DNA of 64,000 bases from Alphaproteobacteria bacterium. Its GTDB lineage: Bacteria; Pseudomonadota; Alphaproteobacteria; RF32; CAG-239. Position 1 is the first letter of the stretch. The number at the start of each line of letters is the position of its first letter. Position numbers and translations under genes: made by a program. Below are positions 1 to 11,622 of the stretch, piece after piece. Location: contig SUUJ01000001.1 in the NCBI GenBank assembly GCA_015062585.1, forward strand, positions 72,736-136,735. The letters run 5' to 3'. The notes beneath the pieces were generated by a model that had not been told where the DNA came from, ran no database searches, and saw only the letters and a program-made list of their open reading frames with translations.

Positions 1-55
1 AACGCTTAAGTGTTATTTTTCAATAAATTACCATTACTAACCGCAAAGCAATAAA

Positions 56-379
56 ATGAATAATACCGAACAAGAATTTAATCAATACGACGGAAAATAC
101 GAGATTCTGCAAAATGAAGCCGGCAATGTACTGTTTATCATCGGATATCGTGAAAGTGATATTGATGCACCTAAGGTCGTCTATGATGGCGGCTCGGCTA
201 TTCTGCTATACCGAAGTACTGAAAGTTCGGTATTTTTGACTAACATTTCCAAAGAGGCTAATCAAGCTGTGATGTATGCCAACAAAGTTGAAATTGCCGA
301 GGTCAAAGGCGACGAAGTCTTGCGTGAATATTATGCTCCCGTTCATTTAATAAAAGATATGCGGGAAATCTTGAATTAA
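56..379 (+). CDS. hypothetical protein (107 aa)
   Basis: Intact ORF followed by a hairpin terminator; no recognisable motif. Confidence 0.4.
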   Translation: MNNTEQEFNQYDGKYEILQNEAGNVLFIIGYRESDIDAPKVVYDGGSAILLYRSTESSVFLTNISKEANQAVMYANKVEIAEVKGDEVLREYYAPVHLIKDMREILN

Positions 380-403
380 GTTGTTTATATATTCTAATAT
401 ATT

Positions 404-435
404 TAAATAAGGGCTTTAAATACCCTTATTTTTTT
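404..435 (+). terminator. rho-independent terminator
   Basis: Stem ataaggg/cccttat with a ~9-nt loop, followed by a T8 run just after the 56-379 ORF. Confidence 0.5.
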
Positions 436-475
436 TATATATTATTGCTGATTTATATAAAAAGAGGCTAAATAT

Positions 476-2134
476 ATGATTTTACAGATTTTTATATGTT
501 TGTTGATGATGGCTTTTTGCTCATTACTGATTACACAGGGGCGAAGACGCAAAATATGGTCAGTTCTGCTATTATTTGGGCTTGGCATCATATCATACTT
601 TTTTGTCATAAGCCTGAATGCTCAGCCTCAGGGATCTTTTATCTATCAATGGTTACCTTATAATATATTGAAAGCTGATTTTAATATATCAGATGCTAAA
701 AACATCCAGCAAATGCTAAGGCCTCTCATTATTATGCTCTTGGGCCTGGTATACTTAAACACCATATCCAAAGGAGAACAGCATTCATTACATTTTAATA
801 CGCTTCTTATATTAAACTTTATCGCGCTTATTCTTATGTTATCCAGCCACGACTTTTTACAACTGATGTTTGCCGGCTGTATGTTTTCTGTCATAGGCTT
901 TTATATGCCTGATTCTATTGCGCCTAAAAAGAATCTGTTTATATTTTATTTTTTGGCTGAAACTGCGATTTTTATAGCCTTTGCGGTAGTCTATGGTTCT
1001 ACTCGCTCCATAAGTCTGGCCGATATGAGCTTGTTTGTAAAAAATGGTCAGCATAAAGATATTGTTTCCGGTTTGCTGTTATTTGCCATAGCCTGTAAGA
1101 GCGGACTCTTTCTGCTTAATGAACACTATTTTAACCTAAAACATATCTCATCCAATCGAATAGTCTGTACTATGCTGACATCGGTACCGGTTTCGGCTTT
1201 GGTATTACTGATAAAAATAAAGCCTCTATTAAATGCCACATCACTGGTTCCTGATATATTTCCCTATTGGATTGGTTTAAGTATAGTAGTTTGTCTGTTG
1301 TTTTATTTATTCAACAACAATCTCAAAACAAAGATTATTTCATTATTGATGTCAGCCATAGCTTTTTCGTTGCATTTTATATACAAAAATTCTGATTTAT
1401 TATACGATTTGGTGCCGTATGTTTTATGTGTAGCTTTTTTAATATCCTTATCATTGATACTTGTTTTTAATTCAGCCTCAAAAGAACCCGATATATCATA
1501 CATAGGAGGATTTTGGCGAATTACCAAACTGAATTTTGTACTTAATTTGTTACTGGGAATAACATCTTTGGCAATTTTATCAAGATTCCCGCTAAACAAA
1601 TATGAAAACATATATGTTATTTGCTTAACTGCCGTTGTTTTTGCCGTATTACGCCGAATATTTTTAACCAAACCTTGTGACAACAATGTCATATTGGCCA
1701 ATGCTAAAAGTACCGGAATTTTATATGCGTTACCTCTTGCCGTTATAAGCGGATGGTTTTTGTGGCAAACCAAATTTTGGAATTTTAGATCATTTTATAT
1801 TTTATTTGCCATAGCTGTATTTATGCTGATTTTGGCGCCGACAAAAATAATTGATATTATCAGCTCGTGGAAAATATGGCAAAATAGCTATTTGACAGGC
1901 TTTTACGAAAATATTTTTATCCGTCCGCTCAGATTATTCGGACGAATTTTGTGGTTGGCATTTGATGTTATGGTAGTCGAAAGAAGCATTGTTTCTACAA
2001 TTTCACATTTGTCAAAAGCATTCGTCGGCGGCATGCACAAAATCCAAGAAAGCGGCAAATACAGCTATTTGTTGAGTATTGTTACCGGCGCTTTGATTAT
2101 AATTGTTTATTTTTTGAGGAATATATATAAATGA
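476..2134 (+). CDS. nuoL: NuoL-like complex I antiporter-family membrane subunit (highly divergent)
   Basis: 552-aa polytopic membrane protein, first of three consecutive antiporter-like ORFs immediately upstream of birA and RNase J (conserved alphaproteobacterial nuoN-birA-rnj order). Canonical motifs not recognisable. Confidence 0.45.
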   Translation: MILQIFICLLMMAFCSLLITQGRRRKIWSVLLLFGLGIISYFFVISLNAQPQGSFIYQWLPYNILKADFNISDAKNIQQMLRPLIIMLLGLVYLNTISKGEQHSLHFNTLLILNFIALILMLSSHDFLQLMFAGCMFSVIGFYMPDSIAPKKNLFIFYFLAETAIFIAFAVVYGSTRSISLADMSLFVKNGQHKDIVSGLLLFAIACKSGLFLLNEHYFNLKHISSNRIVCTMLTSVPVSALVLLIKIKPLLNATSLVPDIFPYWIGLSIVVCLLFYLFNNNLKTKIISLLMSAIAFSLHFIYKNSDLLYDLVPYVLCVAFLISLSLILVFNSASKEPDISYIGGFWRITKLNFVLNLLLGITSLAILSRFPLNKYENIYVICLTAVVFAVLRRIFLTKPCDNNVILANAKSTGILYALPLAVISGWFLWQTKFWNFRSFYILFAIAVFMLILAPTKIIDIISSWKIWQNSYLTGFYENIFIRPLRLFGRILWLAFDVMVVERSIVSTISHLSKAFVGGMHKIQESGKYSYLLSIVTGALIIIVYFLRNIYK

Positions 2135-3561
2135 GTAACCCTTTTGCCATTTTATCACTGATTATTTGTATTCCTTTTTTGGGAATGTTGTTTACGCTTG
2201 TAGCAAAAGACAGCGACGAAACTAAAGGAAACAACAGCTCTAATGTTGCCATTTTTACGATTATCGCCAACTTGGTATTGATATGGCGTGTATTTATGAT
2301 AATTGATGAAAAGCGACTGAAATTGCAGCTTTTCGAAAAATTTGATTGGTTGTCCATTCCTGATATTAACTTAGTTTTTGCCGTCGATAACATTTCATTG
2401 ATGATAATATTGGCCGTTCACTTGGTAATATTGATGGGAATTGTCTTTAGCCGCTCATTAGTTGAAAATCAAAAAAGCCTAATGGTATTTACCTTGTTGT
2501 TCTTAAGCTTTTCAACCGGATTTTTCGTTTCTGCCGATATTTTTTCATTTTTTATCTTTTTTGAGGCAATGCTGTTGCCGTTATTTATGATTATCGGTAT
2601 GTATGGCGGATTTAAGCGTCCCGAACGCTTATCCGGTTTCTTTTTATATAATTTTATCGGCTCAATGATATTGTTTGTCAGCATTCTGTTAATATACAAA
2701 TATTATGGCAGTCTCCGATTGGATAAAACCGGTAAGATATTATGGAACAAAAATTTCGGATATTATATCTGGGGAGGCGTAGCATTGGGACTGCTTTGGC
2801 GTATCCCTATTTGGCCTTTTCATTATTGGATTTCATCCATTACTACCAGAATACACAATCCGCTCGTGTTTATTGTTACTTCGGTATTACCGCTAAGCAG
2901 TATATATGGTTTTGTTCGTTTTTGGCCCAAATATATTCCCTTGGAAATATCGCAACATTTTATTTGGCTTAGTGTAATAGGCTGTGTTACTATGCTTTTT
3001 ATCAGCATGATAGGTTTTATAAACAAAGATTTTCAATATAAGATTTTTGCTTTTACAACTGTTTATTACATTATGTATCTGCTGGGAATATTTACCCAAA
3101 ATGAGCTTGTCAGAAACAATATCGGCTATGTTTTATTCGGATTTTTGGTTGTTTTCGGAGCTTTGGAAGTGTTGTCGGCATATATATATAACTTAGAGCA
3201 AGACAATGATACTTCAGTTTCCGGATTTTTGTGTCGCGCCAAAAGGTTATCCATAGCCTATACCTTTATAACAATAGCTGCAGTCGGTTTTCCTGTTTCA
3301 GCAATGTTTACCAATAACTTTTTGATTATATCCGAACTCTTAACCGCCAATATTCAAATGGGTGTTGTCTTGATGCTGTCATCGGTCATAGCCTCGGCAA
3401 CCCTGATATCAGAAATGTTTAAGCTAAAAAACGACACCAAAGAGTGTCAACTGGGTAAAATACACGATTTATCTGCCGGAAAATTTGTGTTTATGATGTT
3501 TATAATGTTTATGCTGTTAATGTCATTTATCAGACCGTTATGGTTTGTAATCAGCGAATAG
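2131..3561 (+). CDS. nuoM: NuoM-like complex I antiporter-family membrane subunit (divergent)
   Basis: 476-aa polytopic membrane protein. 'PFHYW' segment resembles the NuoM/N 'PFHxW' helix. 4-bp overlap with the upstream gene. Confidence 0.45.
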   Translation: MSNPFAILSLIICIPFLGMLFTLVAKDSDETKGNNSSNVAIFTIIANLVLIWRVFMIIDEKRLKLQLFEKFDWLSIPDINLVFAVDNISLMIILAVHLVILMGIVFSRSLVENQKSLMVFTLLFLSFSTGFFVSADIFSFFIFFEAMLLPLFMIIGMYGGFKRPERLSGFFLYNFIGSMILFVSILLIYKYYGSLRLDKTGKILWNKNFGYYIWGGVALGLLWRIPIWPFHYWISSITTRIHNPLVFIVTSVLPLSSIYGFVRFWPKYIPLEISQHFIWLSVIGCVTMLFISMIGFINKDFQYKIFAFTTVYYIMYLLGIFTQNELVRNNIGYVLFGFLVVFGALEVLSAYIYNLEQDNDTSVSGFLCRAKRLSIAYTFITIAAVGFPVSAMFTNNFLIISELLTANIQMGVVLMLSSVIASATLISEMFKLKNDTKECQLGKIHDLSAGKFVFMMFIMFMLLMSFIRPLWFVISE

Positions 3562-3570
3562 GGAATAAAT

Positions 3571-4998
3571 ATGATGTTACAAAATTGGTTTATTTTATTA
3601 CCTGAGATTTGTATGTTAAGCTTTTTTGCTTTTATAACGCCAAAAGCTTATCTAAACAAAGATATTACGGCCAAATCGTTTTTTTCTTATGTTCAATTGT
3701 TTTTACTGGCAACCTTGGCTTCTACTATCATATTTTATAACAAAAGCCCGTTTCCGGAGCTGTGGCAAAATACTTCTTTTAGCACAATCTTTAAGATTTT
3801 TACCTATTTGTTAGCTTGGGCATGGTTTTACCTGTCATCGATTTGGTTCTTAAACAAAAATCGTCCGTCAGGTTATTTTTATTCCATTGGTTTTGCCTTG
3901 CTTTTGGGATTTGATATTTTGGCGTCGGCATCGTCACTTCTGACTTTGGCTGTTGTGATACCTTATATTTGCTTTTTTTATTACAAGTTGATATTGCGTC
4001 ACTGGGATGTCGAACATGTAAAGCTTCCGGCAAAAAATTATGCCATATGTGCAACAATTTTCTGTGCGTTGCTGATGTTGGGAATAGGGTTGATATACTA
4101 TCAAACCGGAAGTTTTGCTTATGCTGATATTAAGCAGTATTTTAATGCAAAGACCATACCGACAAATATGACCTTTGCCGGTGTAATGCTGATTTTATCT
4201 TGTATATTGTTTCTTATGTCAGCCGCACCTTTTCATTATTGGTTTGTAAGTTTTATTGCCTCGGGTGTATTACCTGTGTGCGGATTTATAACTATCATTC
4301 CGCCGTTGATTTATCTTTGTGCGTTAATCAATTTGACTAATGAATGTTTTGTATATTTTAGCAAATATATAAGTCAAATAGTGACGATTTTTGGAATTAT
4401 TTCATTGATAATCGGTGCATTGTCATCAAACCGCGAAACCAATTTAAGACGCTTGTTCGGATATCTTAATATATATTGTATCGGCTTTATGTTGATTGGT
4501 TTAATGCGTTTTTCCGATACTTCTGTCATAGCATCTTTTGCCTATACAATTATCTATGTCTTGTCATTCAGCGGTATATATACGGTTTTCCTAGGTGTAA
4601 AATCTCGCGGAGATTATTTAAGCAATACCGATTCTATCAGTGGATTTTATACGGTACGCCCGTTTATGTCGGCAGCGTTACTTATTTTTATGTTTTCACT
4701 GATAGGATTAGCGCCGACATTAGGATTTTTCGGTTATTTATCAATAATAAATAATTTGGTCGAAGCCGCCAAATGGAGCGAAATAGCATTTATATTGTTC
4801 GGTTTGATGTTTGTGGCCAATACTTGCTTGCAAATAGTTCGAGTTATATATTTTGAAAGTTTGGTTAACAAATTTGACCGTCCCGACAAGGCAATATATA
4901 TCTGTTTGTTTGTAAATGCGGTGGTGGTTTTTATATCTCTGATCAATCCGGCGTGGTTATTGTATGATGTTTTGGTCATTTTGGGGAGTATATCATAG
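3571..4998 (+). CDS. nuoN: NuoN-like complex I antiporter-family membrane subunit (divergent)
   Basis: 475 aa, 'AAPFHYWF' segment, position directly before birA. Confidence 0.45.
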   Translation: MMLQNWFILLPEICMLSFFAFITPKAYLNKDITAKSFFSYVQLFLLATLASTIIFYNKSPFPELWQNTSFSTIFKIFTYLLAWAWFYLSSIWFLNKNRPSGYFYSIGFALLLGFDILASASSLLTLAVVIPYICFFYYKLILRHWDVEHVKLPAKNYAICATIFCALLMLGIGLIYYQTGSFAYADIKQYFNAKTIPTNMTFAGVMLILSCILFLMSAAPFHYWFVSFIASGVLPVCGFITIIPPLIYLCALINLTNECFVYFSKYISQIVTIFGIISLIIGALSSNRETNLRRLFGYLNIYCIGFMLIGLMRFSDTSVIASFAYTIIYVLSFSGIYTVFLGVKSRGDYLSNTDSISGFYTVRPFMSAALLIFMFSLIGLAPTLGFFGYLSIINNLVEAAKWSEIAFILFGLMFVANTCLQIVRVIYFESLVNKFDRPDKAIYICLFVNAVVVFISLINPAWLLYDVLVILGSIS

Positions 4999-5001
4999 CA
5001 A

Positions 5002-5694
5002 ATGCAAAAAACTTGGAAAATACAAAAATATACCAGTGTAACTTCAACCAATGATTTGGCTAAAGAAACTGCAGAAGATAATGTTGTCATTGTTGCCGAT
5101 ATGCAAACAGCCGGAAGAGGTCGAAGAGCAAATAAATGGATATCGCAAGACGGTAATTTGTTTTTTTCACAAGTGTTAACTGCCCAAACAACGGTTTCTA
5201 ACTTGGCATTTGTATCATCTTTGAGTTTGGCTGAAGCAATTTATCATTTTGATAATAAGATTGATATTACAATAAAATGGCCAAATGACATTTTAATCAA
5301 TAAACGAAAAGTTGCCGGCATATTGATAGAAAATACGCCAAAAAATAAGGCTGTTATAGGAATAGGGGTAAATTTGATATCTAATCCCTCTGGTGATGAA
5401 ACATCGTACTTATCGGCCAATTTGCAAGCCGAAGGACTTAAACTAAGCAAAGAACAGCTATTGGAAACATACCTTAAATTCTTTGATATAAATTATGCGG
5501 ATTGCCTGCGTGATTTTGGCTTAATAAGAGCAAAATGGCTGAAATTTGCCTCATACATAAATCAAAAAATTAAGGTTAAACGCCAAGATCGTATTGACGA
5601 GGGAATATTCAAAGGTATTGACGAACAGGGGCTTTTGCTGTTAGAACAAAAAGATAAAATAACGGCAATTGCGGTTGCAGAAGTGTTTTTTTGA
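5002..5694 (+). CDS. birA: biotin--[acetyl-CoA-carboxylase] ligase
   Basis: 'GRGRRANKW' biotin-protein-ligase signature and size ~230 aa. Confidence 0.8.
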   Translation: MQKTWKIQKYTSVTSTNDLAKETAEDNVVIVADMQTAGRGRRANKWISQDGNLFFSQVLTAQTTVSNLAFVSSLSLAEAIYHFDNKIDITIKWPNDILINKRKVAGILIENTPKNKAVIGIGVNLISNPSGDETSYLSANLQAEGLKLSKEQLLETYLKFFDINYADCLRDFGLIRAKWLKFASYINQKIKVKRQDRIDEGIFKGIDEQGLLLLEQKDKITAIAVAEVFF

Positions 5695-5709
5695 TGTGAG
5701 TGAATAATA

Positions 5710-7380
5710 ATGACAAAAGAATTTGATAAAGAAGGAATTTATTTTATAGCCTTGGGCGGAGCCGAAGAAGTCGGCTTTAATATGTTTGCCTATATCGTTA
5801 ATCAAAAAATAATAGTGGTTGATGCCGGATATGGTTTTTTGCAAGATGATTTTCCCGGTATGGAAATGGGATTAGCCGATGCCTCATTTTTAGAAACTTA
5901 TCGCGATAATATTGAGGCAATGTTCATTACTCATGGCCACGAAGACCACTATGGTGCGATAGGTCATGTATTGCCTATGCTGAATTGTCCTGTATATGCT
6001 ACTGATTTTGCCATTGGTCACATTCATTCGCGACTTAAAGAATATCATATAGATAATTTTGCCGATATTATCTCGGTTAAAGACAATCCGGTTGTAAGAC
6101 TTGACAATTTCGAAGTTGAATTTGTTGATTTGGTACACTCGGTTCCGCAGACATCAGGATTGTTTATCAAAACGCAATACGGCAATATTTTTCATGCAAC
6201 GGATTGGCGTTTTGATGATGGGAAAACCGTAATTTTACCCACAGATCACAAAAGATTGAAAGAAATTGCCGAAGAGGGTGTTGAATTATATGTCGGTGAT
6301 TCGACCAATATGTCTTCATCAACGGAAGAACCTACGGAATACGAAGTAAGAAAAAGCTTGTTTGAGTTAATTCCTACGCTGGAAAACACGGTTGTTGCTA
6401 CTTGTTTTGCTTCGAATATTATGCGTTTGGAAAGCTTGATTTTAGCCGCTCGTGAAGCCGGAAGAACCGCGGTTATTTCAGGACACTCGCTAAACCAAAA
6501 CTATAAAATAGCTAAAGAATGCGGCTATTTAAAAGATTGCCCGTTAGCTTATGATATCAAAGACGCTAAAGATATACCTCTGGACAAGATTTTGTTTATC
6601 TGCGCCGGCTCACAAGGAGATTATCGTTCGGCTCTAAGCCGAATTGTAAAAGGCGAACACAAAGAGATTGCGTTAAGCCACGGCGATAATATAATATTTT
6701 CATCTAAAATTATCCCCGGTAATGAAGACAAAATTGAGCAAATGCAAGAAAAATTGCGTGACGCCGGTGTCAATGTTATTTCGACGGAAGAATATGTCGT
6801 TCACGCTTCAGGACACGCTACATCTAAGCAAATATTGGAAATGTATCGATTACTGAAACCCAAAACCGTTATTCCGGTACATGGTGATAAACGCAACATC
6901 AGAAAACAAAAGCGCTTGGCTCAACAAAACGGTGTCGGCAATGTAATGCTTGCCCGCAATGGCGATGTAGTATTGTTAAAAGACGGCAAAAGCGAAGTTG
7001 TTTCCGAAGTTTTTACTCGCAAACTAGGAGTTGACAGGCGCCAACTTACCCCGCTTGATTCTCAGTTGATTAAGAACAGAAAACGCATAGCCTTTAATTG
7101 CTCGGTATTTATAAGCGCAATGTTCAATGCCGATTGGAGCTTGGCATCGTTACAAATCTCATCAATTGATATATTGGAAGAAGCCGAATTTAATGAACTC
7201 AGAGATAAAATCATCAATGATATTAAAGAAGATATCGCTAAAGATGTCGTAAAATTCGACTATAAAGAAAAGCAGATATCAGAATATTTGGCAGCGCGTA
7301 TCAGAAAACAAATACTTAAAGCAACCGATATAAAACCGGTTGTCTTTATGCATTTTTACAAAGCTTCCGCTAATTGCTAA
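5710..7380 (+). CDS. rnj: ribonuclease J (metallo-beta-lactamase/beta-CASP RNase)
   Basis: 'HGHEDHYGAIG' MBL motif, 556 aa, position after birA as in alphaproteobacteria. Confidence 0.75.
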   Translation: MTKEFDKEGIYFIALGGAEEVGFNMFAYIVNQKIIVVDAGYGFLQDDFPGMEMGLADASFLETYRDNIEAMFITHGHEDHYGAIGHVLPMLNCPVYATDFAIGHIHSRLKEYHIDNFADIISVKDNPVVRLDNFEVEFVDLVHSVPQTSGLFIKTQYGNIFHATDWRFDDGKTVILPTDHKRLKEIAEEGVELYVGDSTNMSSSTEEPTEYEVRKSLFELIPTLENTVVATCFASNIMRLESLILAAREAGRTAVISGHSLNQNYKIAKECGYLKDCPLAYDIKDAKDIPLDKILFICAGSQGDYRSALSRIVKGEHKEIALSHGDNIIFSSKIIPGNEDKIEQMQEKLRDAGVNVISTEEYVVHASGHATSKQILEMYRLLKPKTVIPVHGDKRNIRKQKRLAQQNGVGNVMLARNGDVVLLKDGKSEVVSEVFTRKLGVDRRQLTPLDSQLIKNRKRIAFNCSVFISAMFNADWSLASLQISSIDILEEAEFNELRDKIINDIKEDIAKDVVKFDYKEKQISEYLAARIRKQILKATDIKPVVFMHFYKASANC

Positions 7381-8807
7381 TTTTTCCAAATAGGAATATA
7401 GACATTAAAGGTTGTGCCATCAGTTTTATCGGATTTTACGGTAATATTTCCTTGGTGTCTGATGACAATATGCTTAACAATAGACAAACCCAGTCCTGTA
7501 CCTTTAATGTTTTGGTCTTTGTGTTGTTGCAAACGATAAAAGCGCTCTGTTAAGCGAGCCAGCTTATCTTCGTCAATTTTAGGACCTTTGTTATTTATGG
7601 CAATGTTAACAGCCTTAGAATCCTTAATTTCCGTAGTTTTAGATTTTGGAATATTATCGACATTACTCAAATTTATCGTAATATCCGTTCCTTTTTCGCC
7701 ATATTTTATGGCATTGTGTATCAGGTTATGAATGACTTGTCTTATTTGTCCTTCATCAGCCCTAATATAATTTATATTTTCATCAGCCTTTATTATAATA
7801 TTCATATCATTGTCTTTAGCTCTCAATTTCATAGATTCTGCAACATCTTGAGCTATTTCAACAATATCTGCTTTTTCGGTCGGCGGATTGTCCTGATTTA
7901 ATTCAATTCGAGACAATGACAACAGGTTTTCGATCAGATTTGACATATATTCGGCTTGATGGGATATAATTTTCAAAAATTCTTCACTGGCTTTCGGGTC
8001 ATCTTTTGCTGTTGTTTGCAGAGTCTCGACAAAACCCGAAATGACCGATAAAGGCGTTCTTAATTCATGAGAAGCATTAGCAACAAAATCCGATTGCATT
8101 TTTTCGATTTTTAGTGATTTCGTCAGGTCATAAATTGAAATAACCGCGACGGCTTTTCCTTTTGACACCCAAGGTAATTGCTTAATGTGAGCATACAGCT
8201 TTTGGTCAATCGGTTTTTCAACATAGAAAACCAAATTTTCTGATTTTTTCTCTTTTTTCAACACTCGAGAAACAGCATTAACAAAACTATGCGAGTTAAA
8301 TATTTCATCAATTTTTTTATCGGCAATATGTTCCCCGAAAGATGTTCTGGCCGAAAGATTTGCACCTAAAATATTGCCTTGTTTATCAATAACCATAATC
8401 GGATCGGGCAAAGAATCCAAAACCGCGGTATCAGATATGGTCTGCGCCTCTAAAGTATCGGTTTTTTCAGCCCAAAACTTGTGCATATTGTTGATGGCAG
8501 AAATAATTTCCTTAGTTTCGTCTTCTGACAAATTGATTAAATCATCTTGTGAAATTTCGCCTGTTGACAATTTTGAAATATATTTTTTTATCTGTTGTAA
8601 CTCAAATGTTAAGGGAAATAGCATAACAATATTAAAAACCACTACCGCAGCCAGTGAGATAACAGCCAAAATAGGGTCAACCATATTAAAAGCGGCCAAA
8701 ACCATAAAAACTAAGGCTGTTGGAAAGCTTAAAAACAATATTCTTTCCGCAAATTGTGTGTTTTTTTCAAAACCTAAGGCTTTACGCGATTTTTCAAACA
8801 TAAGCAT
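7377..8807 (-). CDS. PAS-domain sensor histidine kinase
   Basis: Two N-terminal TM segments, PAS-like region, HisKA 'ASHELRTPL', HATPase_c G-boxes 'GTGLGLSIVK'. Confidence 0.8.
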   Translation of the reverse strand: MLMFEKSRKALGFEKNTQFAERILFLSFPTALVFMVLAAFNMVDPILAVISLAAVVVFNIVMLFPLTFELQQIKKYISKLSTGEISQDDLINLSEDETKEIISAINNMHKFWAEKTDTLEAQTISDTAVLDSLPDPIMVIDKQGNILGANLSARTSFGEHIADKKIDEIFNSHSFVNAVSRVLKKEKKSENLVFYVEKPIDQKLYAHIKQLPWVSKGKAVAVISIYDLTKSLKIEKMQSDFVANASHELRTPLSVISGFVETLQTTAKDDPKASEEFLKIISHQAEYMSNLIENLLSLSRIELNQDNPPTEKADIVEIAQDVAESMKLRAKDNDMNIIIKADENINYIRADEGQIRQVIHNLIHNAIKYGEKGTDITINLSNVDNIPKSKTTEIKDSKAVNIAINNKGPKIDEDKLARLTERFYRLQQHKDQNIKGTGLGLSIVKHIVIRHQGNITVKSDKTDGTTFNVYIPIWKN

Positions 8808-8905
8808 TATCCCACTATAATAAAAAACAGACTAGACCATTTATTTAAAATATAATAATATGAAACAAGTTTAAAAATACTAAATTTTTTATTTATGCGG
8901 AAAAT

Positions 8906-11590
8906 ATGACAACAGAAGAAGAAAATACAGCAAATTTAACGCCGATGATGGCTCAATATATGAAAATAAAGCAAGATCACAAAGATTATTTGCTTTTTTA
9001 TCGTATGGGCGATTTTTACGAATTGTTTTTTGATGATGCCGTCGTGGCATCTCAAGCCTTAGGTATTGTGTTAACCAAACGCGGCAAAACCGAAACCGGT
9101 AATATACCTATGTGCGGCATTCCTTTTCATGCCTATGAAAGCTATTTGGCAAAATTGATAAGACAAGGCTTCAAGGTTGCCATTTGCGAGCAAACCGAAG
9201 ACCCGAAAGAAGCCAAAAAACGCGGCGGCAAGGCTTTGGTTAACCGCGAAATAGTTCGCTTGGTTACAGCAGGAACTTTGACCGAAGACACGCTTCTTGA
9301 TGCCAAAAAGAACAATTTTTTAATGGCTGTTTCCAATATTTCTTCCAATATCGGTATTGCTTGGGTTGATATTTCAACCGGTGAGTTTTATACGCAAGAA
9401 ATTGATATATCACAAGGCAATGAAGGACAAATTTTAAGCTCTATATTACAAAGATTACAACCGGCTGAGCTGATAATTGCCGACAATTACTTGCATAATC
9501 CCAATATTTTTGAAGTTTTGAAAAATTACAAAGAACAACTCAGCGTTTGGCCGGACGAAAGATTTAATTCGCATAATGCTTACAAGCGTTTAACCGATGT
9601 CTACAAAGTTCACAACTTGGACGCCTTCGGTGATTTTTCACGCGCTGAGATAAGCTCTGCCGGTGTATTGATAGATTATGTCGAATTGTCGCAAAAGGGC
9701 AATTTACCTCATTTGTTTCCGCTAAAGAAGATAAATTCTTCACAGATTGTCGAAATTGATGCCTCAACTCGCTTGTCGTTAGAGCTTACCGAATCAACTT
9801 CGGGTGACAAGTCATCAACCTTACTAAAAACTATTGATAGAACCGTTACACCGGCAGGTGGCAGACTATTGGCTAATCGAGTGTCCAATCCTTTGTCAGA
9901 CATAAATATGATAAATTCTCGACTTGATATGGTTGAATTTTTCATAAATAAAACAGCCTTGCGTGAAGATTTGCGTGCTCTGTTAAAAGCCTCGTATGAT
10001 ATCGGGCGTGCCGTTGCTCGTCTTAGTATCGGTAGAGGCGGTCCTCGTGATATGCTAAACATCAAAAATACTTTGGGCATAATTCCGAATTTGCGCAATC
10101 AGATTTTGTTTGCTTATAACAATGGCGATATCATTGACGCCAATGTGCCGGCATATATGCAAAAAGTTTTGGATAATTTAGGTAATCATAATCATTTGGT
10201 CTGCAAATTAAGTGACGCGCTAAAAGAAGATGATTTACCCTTACTAAGTCGCGACGGCGGTTTTATCCGCCAAGGATATTCTCCGGCCTTGGATGAAATG
10301 CGCAGTTTCAGAGATAATTCACACGAGGCCGTAGCCAAATTACAACTGAAATATGTTGAAGAAACCTCCATACCCAATCTGAAAGTAAAATACAACAATT
10401 TGATTGGCTATTTTATTGAGGTTCCGTCAAAAAATGTTCAACAAATACTGGAAGATAAAAAGTTTATTTTCCGTCAGTCCGTATTAAACGCTTCACGCTT
10501 TACCACGGTTGAACTAACCGAAATCGAAGACAAAATAAGAGGAGCTTCGGATAAAGCGCTTGCCATTGAGCTGGAATTATATGACGAATTGCTAAATTCC
10601 ATAAAAGCCTCGGCTGACGATATTATCAAATGCGCGAATGCCATTGCCGAAATAGATGTAGCTATGGGCTTGGCTGATTTGGCCATAGAGCATAATTATT
10701 GCCGTCCGATCATTGATGAAAGCTATTGTTTTGAAATAAAAGGCGGACGCCACCCGGTGGTAGAAGAAGCAATCCGCAAAGCAAATTCAGGCGTTTTTGT
10801 GGCAAATGATTGCCATATGAATGAAGAAAAAGGCAATTTATGGCTTATAACCGGACCAAATATGGCCGGTAAGTCGACCTATTTGCGTCAAAATGCCGTT
10901 ATTGTAATAATGGCGCAAATGGGGTCGTATGTTCCTTGTCAAAGCGCTCACATAGGTGTGGTAAACAAGATATTTTCCCGTGTCGGTGCCTCTGATGACT
11001 TGGCCAAAGGTCGTTCAACATTTATGGTTGAAATGGTCGAAACAGCCGGCATATTAAATCAAGCCGACGAGCGTTCGTTTGTTATATTAGATGAGATAGG
11101 CCGCGGAACCGCTACTTTTGACGGTTTGTCAATTGCTTGGGCGGTAGTAGAATATTTGCACGAAATCAATCGTTGCCGCACAATATTCGCCACACACTAT
11201 CACGAACTTACATCGCTGAGCACCAAGCTTTCACGCCTTAGTCTTCATTGTATGAAGATAAAAGAATTTAATGACAATGTTATTTTTATGCACGAGGTAG
11301 TTGACGGCGCGGCCGATCGAAGCTATGGAATTTATGTAGCCAAGCTTGCCGGTCTTCCAAAGTCGTTGATAAGACGGGCTGACCAAGTCCTGCACAATTT
11401 GGAAAAACAAGACAAGGGCTTGTCAGTCAAAGATATTGCCGAAGATTTACCTTTGTTTGCCTGTATCAAAGAAAAGGTGGTCGAAAAAGTATCATCGCCG
11501 GCCTTAGATGAGCTTACTTCTCTAAATCCCGACGACCTAAGCCCCAGAGAAGCATTAGAAAAGCTTTATGAGTTAAAAAAACTGTTATAA
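8906..11590 (+). CDS. mutS: DNA mismatch repair protein MutS
   Basis: 894 aa. Walker A '[13 protein letters not shown]' and 'STFMVEM' motif. Confidence 0.9.
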   Translation: MTTEEENTANLTPMMAQYMKIKQDHKDYLLFYRMGDFYELFFDDAVVASQALGIVLTKRGKTETGNIPMCGIPFHAYESYLAKLIRQGFKVAICEQTEDPKEAKKRGGKALVNREIVRLVTAGTLTEDTLLDAKKNNFLMAVSNISSNIGIAWVDISTGEFYTQEIDISQGNEGQILSSILQRLQPAELIIADNYLHNPNIFEVLKNYKEQLSVWPDERFNSHNAYKRLTDVYKVHNLDAFGDFSRAEISSAGVLIDYVELSQKGNLPHLFPLKKINSSQIVEIDASTRLSLELTESTSGDKSSTLLKTIDRTVTPAGGRLLANRVSNPLSDINMINSRLDMVEFFINKTALREDLRALLKASYDIGRAVARLSIGRGGPRDMLNIKNTLGIIPNLRNQILFAYNNGDIIDANVPAYMQKVLDNLGNHNHLVCKLSDALKEDDLPLLSRDGGFIRQGYSPALDEMRSFRDNSHEAVAKLQLKYVEETSIPNLKVKYNNLIGYFIEVPSKNVQQILEDKKFIFRQSVLNASRFTTVELTEIEDKIRGASDKALAIELELYDELLNSIKASADDIIKCANAIAEIDVAMGLADLAIEHNYCRPIIDESYCFEIKGGRHPVVEEAIRKANSGVFVANDCHMNEEKGNLWLITGPNMAGKSTYLRQNAVIVIMAQMGSYVPCQSAHIGVVNKIFSRVGASDDLAKGRSTFMVEMVETAGILNQADERSFVILDEIGRGTATFDGLSIAWAVVEYLHEINRCRTIFATHYHELTSLSTKLSRLSLHCMKIKEFNDNVIFMHEVVDGAADRSYGIYVAKLAGLPKSLIRRADQVLHNLEKQDKGLSVKDIAEDLPLFACIKEKVVEKVSSPALDELTSLNPDDLSPREALEKLYELKKLL

Positions 11591-11595
11591 TTTAA

Positions 11596-11622
11596 GAGCC
11601 GGATATTTATTCCGGCTTTTTA
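11596..11622. terminator. bidirectional hairpin terminator between mutS and the rubredoxin gene
   Basis: gagccggatatttattccggcttttt palindrome flanked by T/A runs. Confidence 0.5.

Noticed and set aside
658-1773. Minus-strand ORFs (658-894, 857-1054, 1303-1773) inside the NuoL-like gene
   Set aside because: Fully embedded antisense ORFs in AT-rich DNA. No RBS or motif. The sense gene is a coherent membrane protein.
9142-10686. Several 60-130-aa minus-strand ORFs inside mutS
   Set aside because: Antisense to a high-confidence conserved gene. Arg/Ser-rich composition typical of reverse-frame artefacts.
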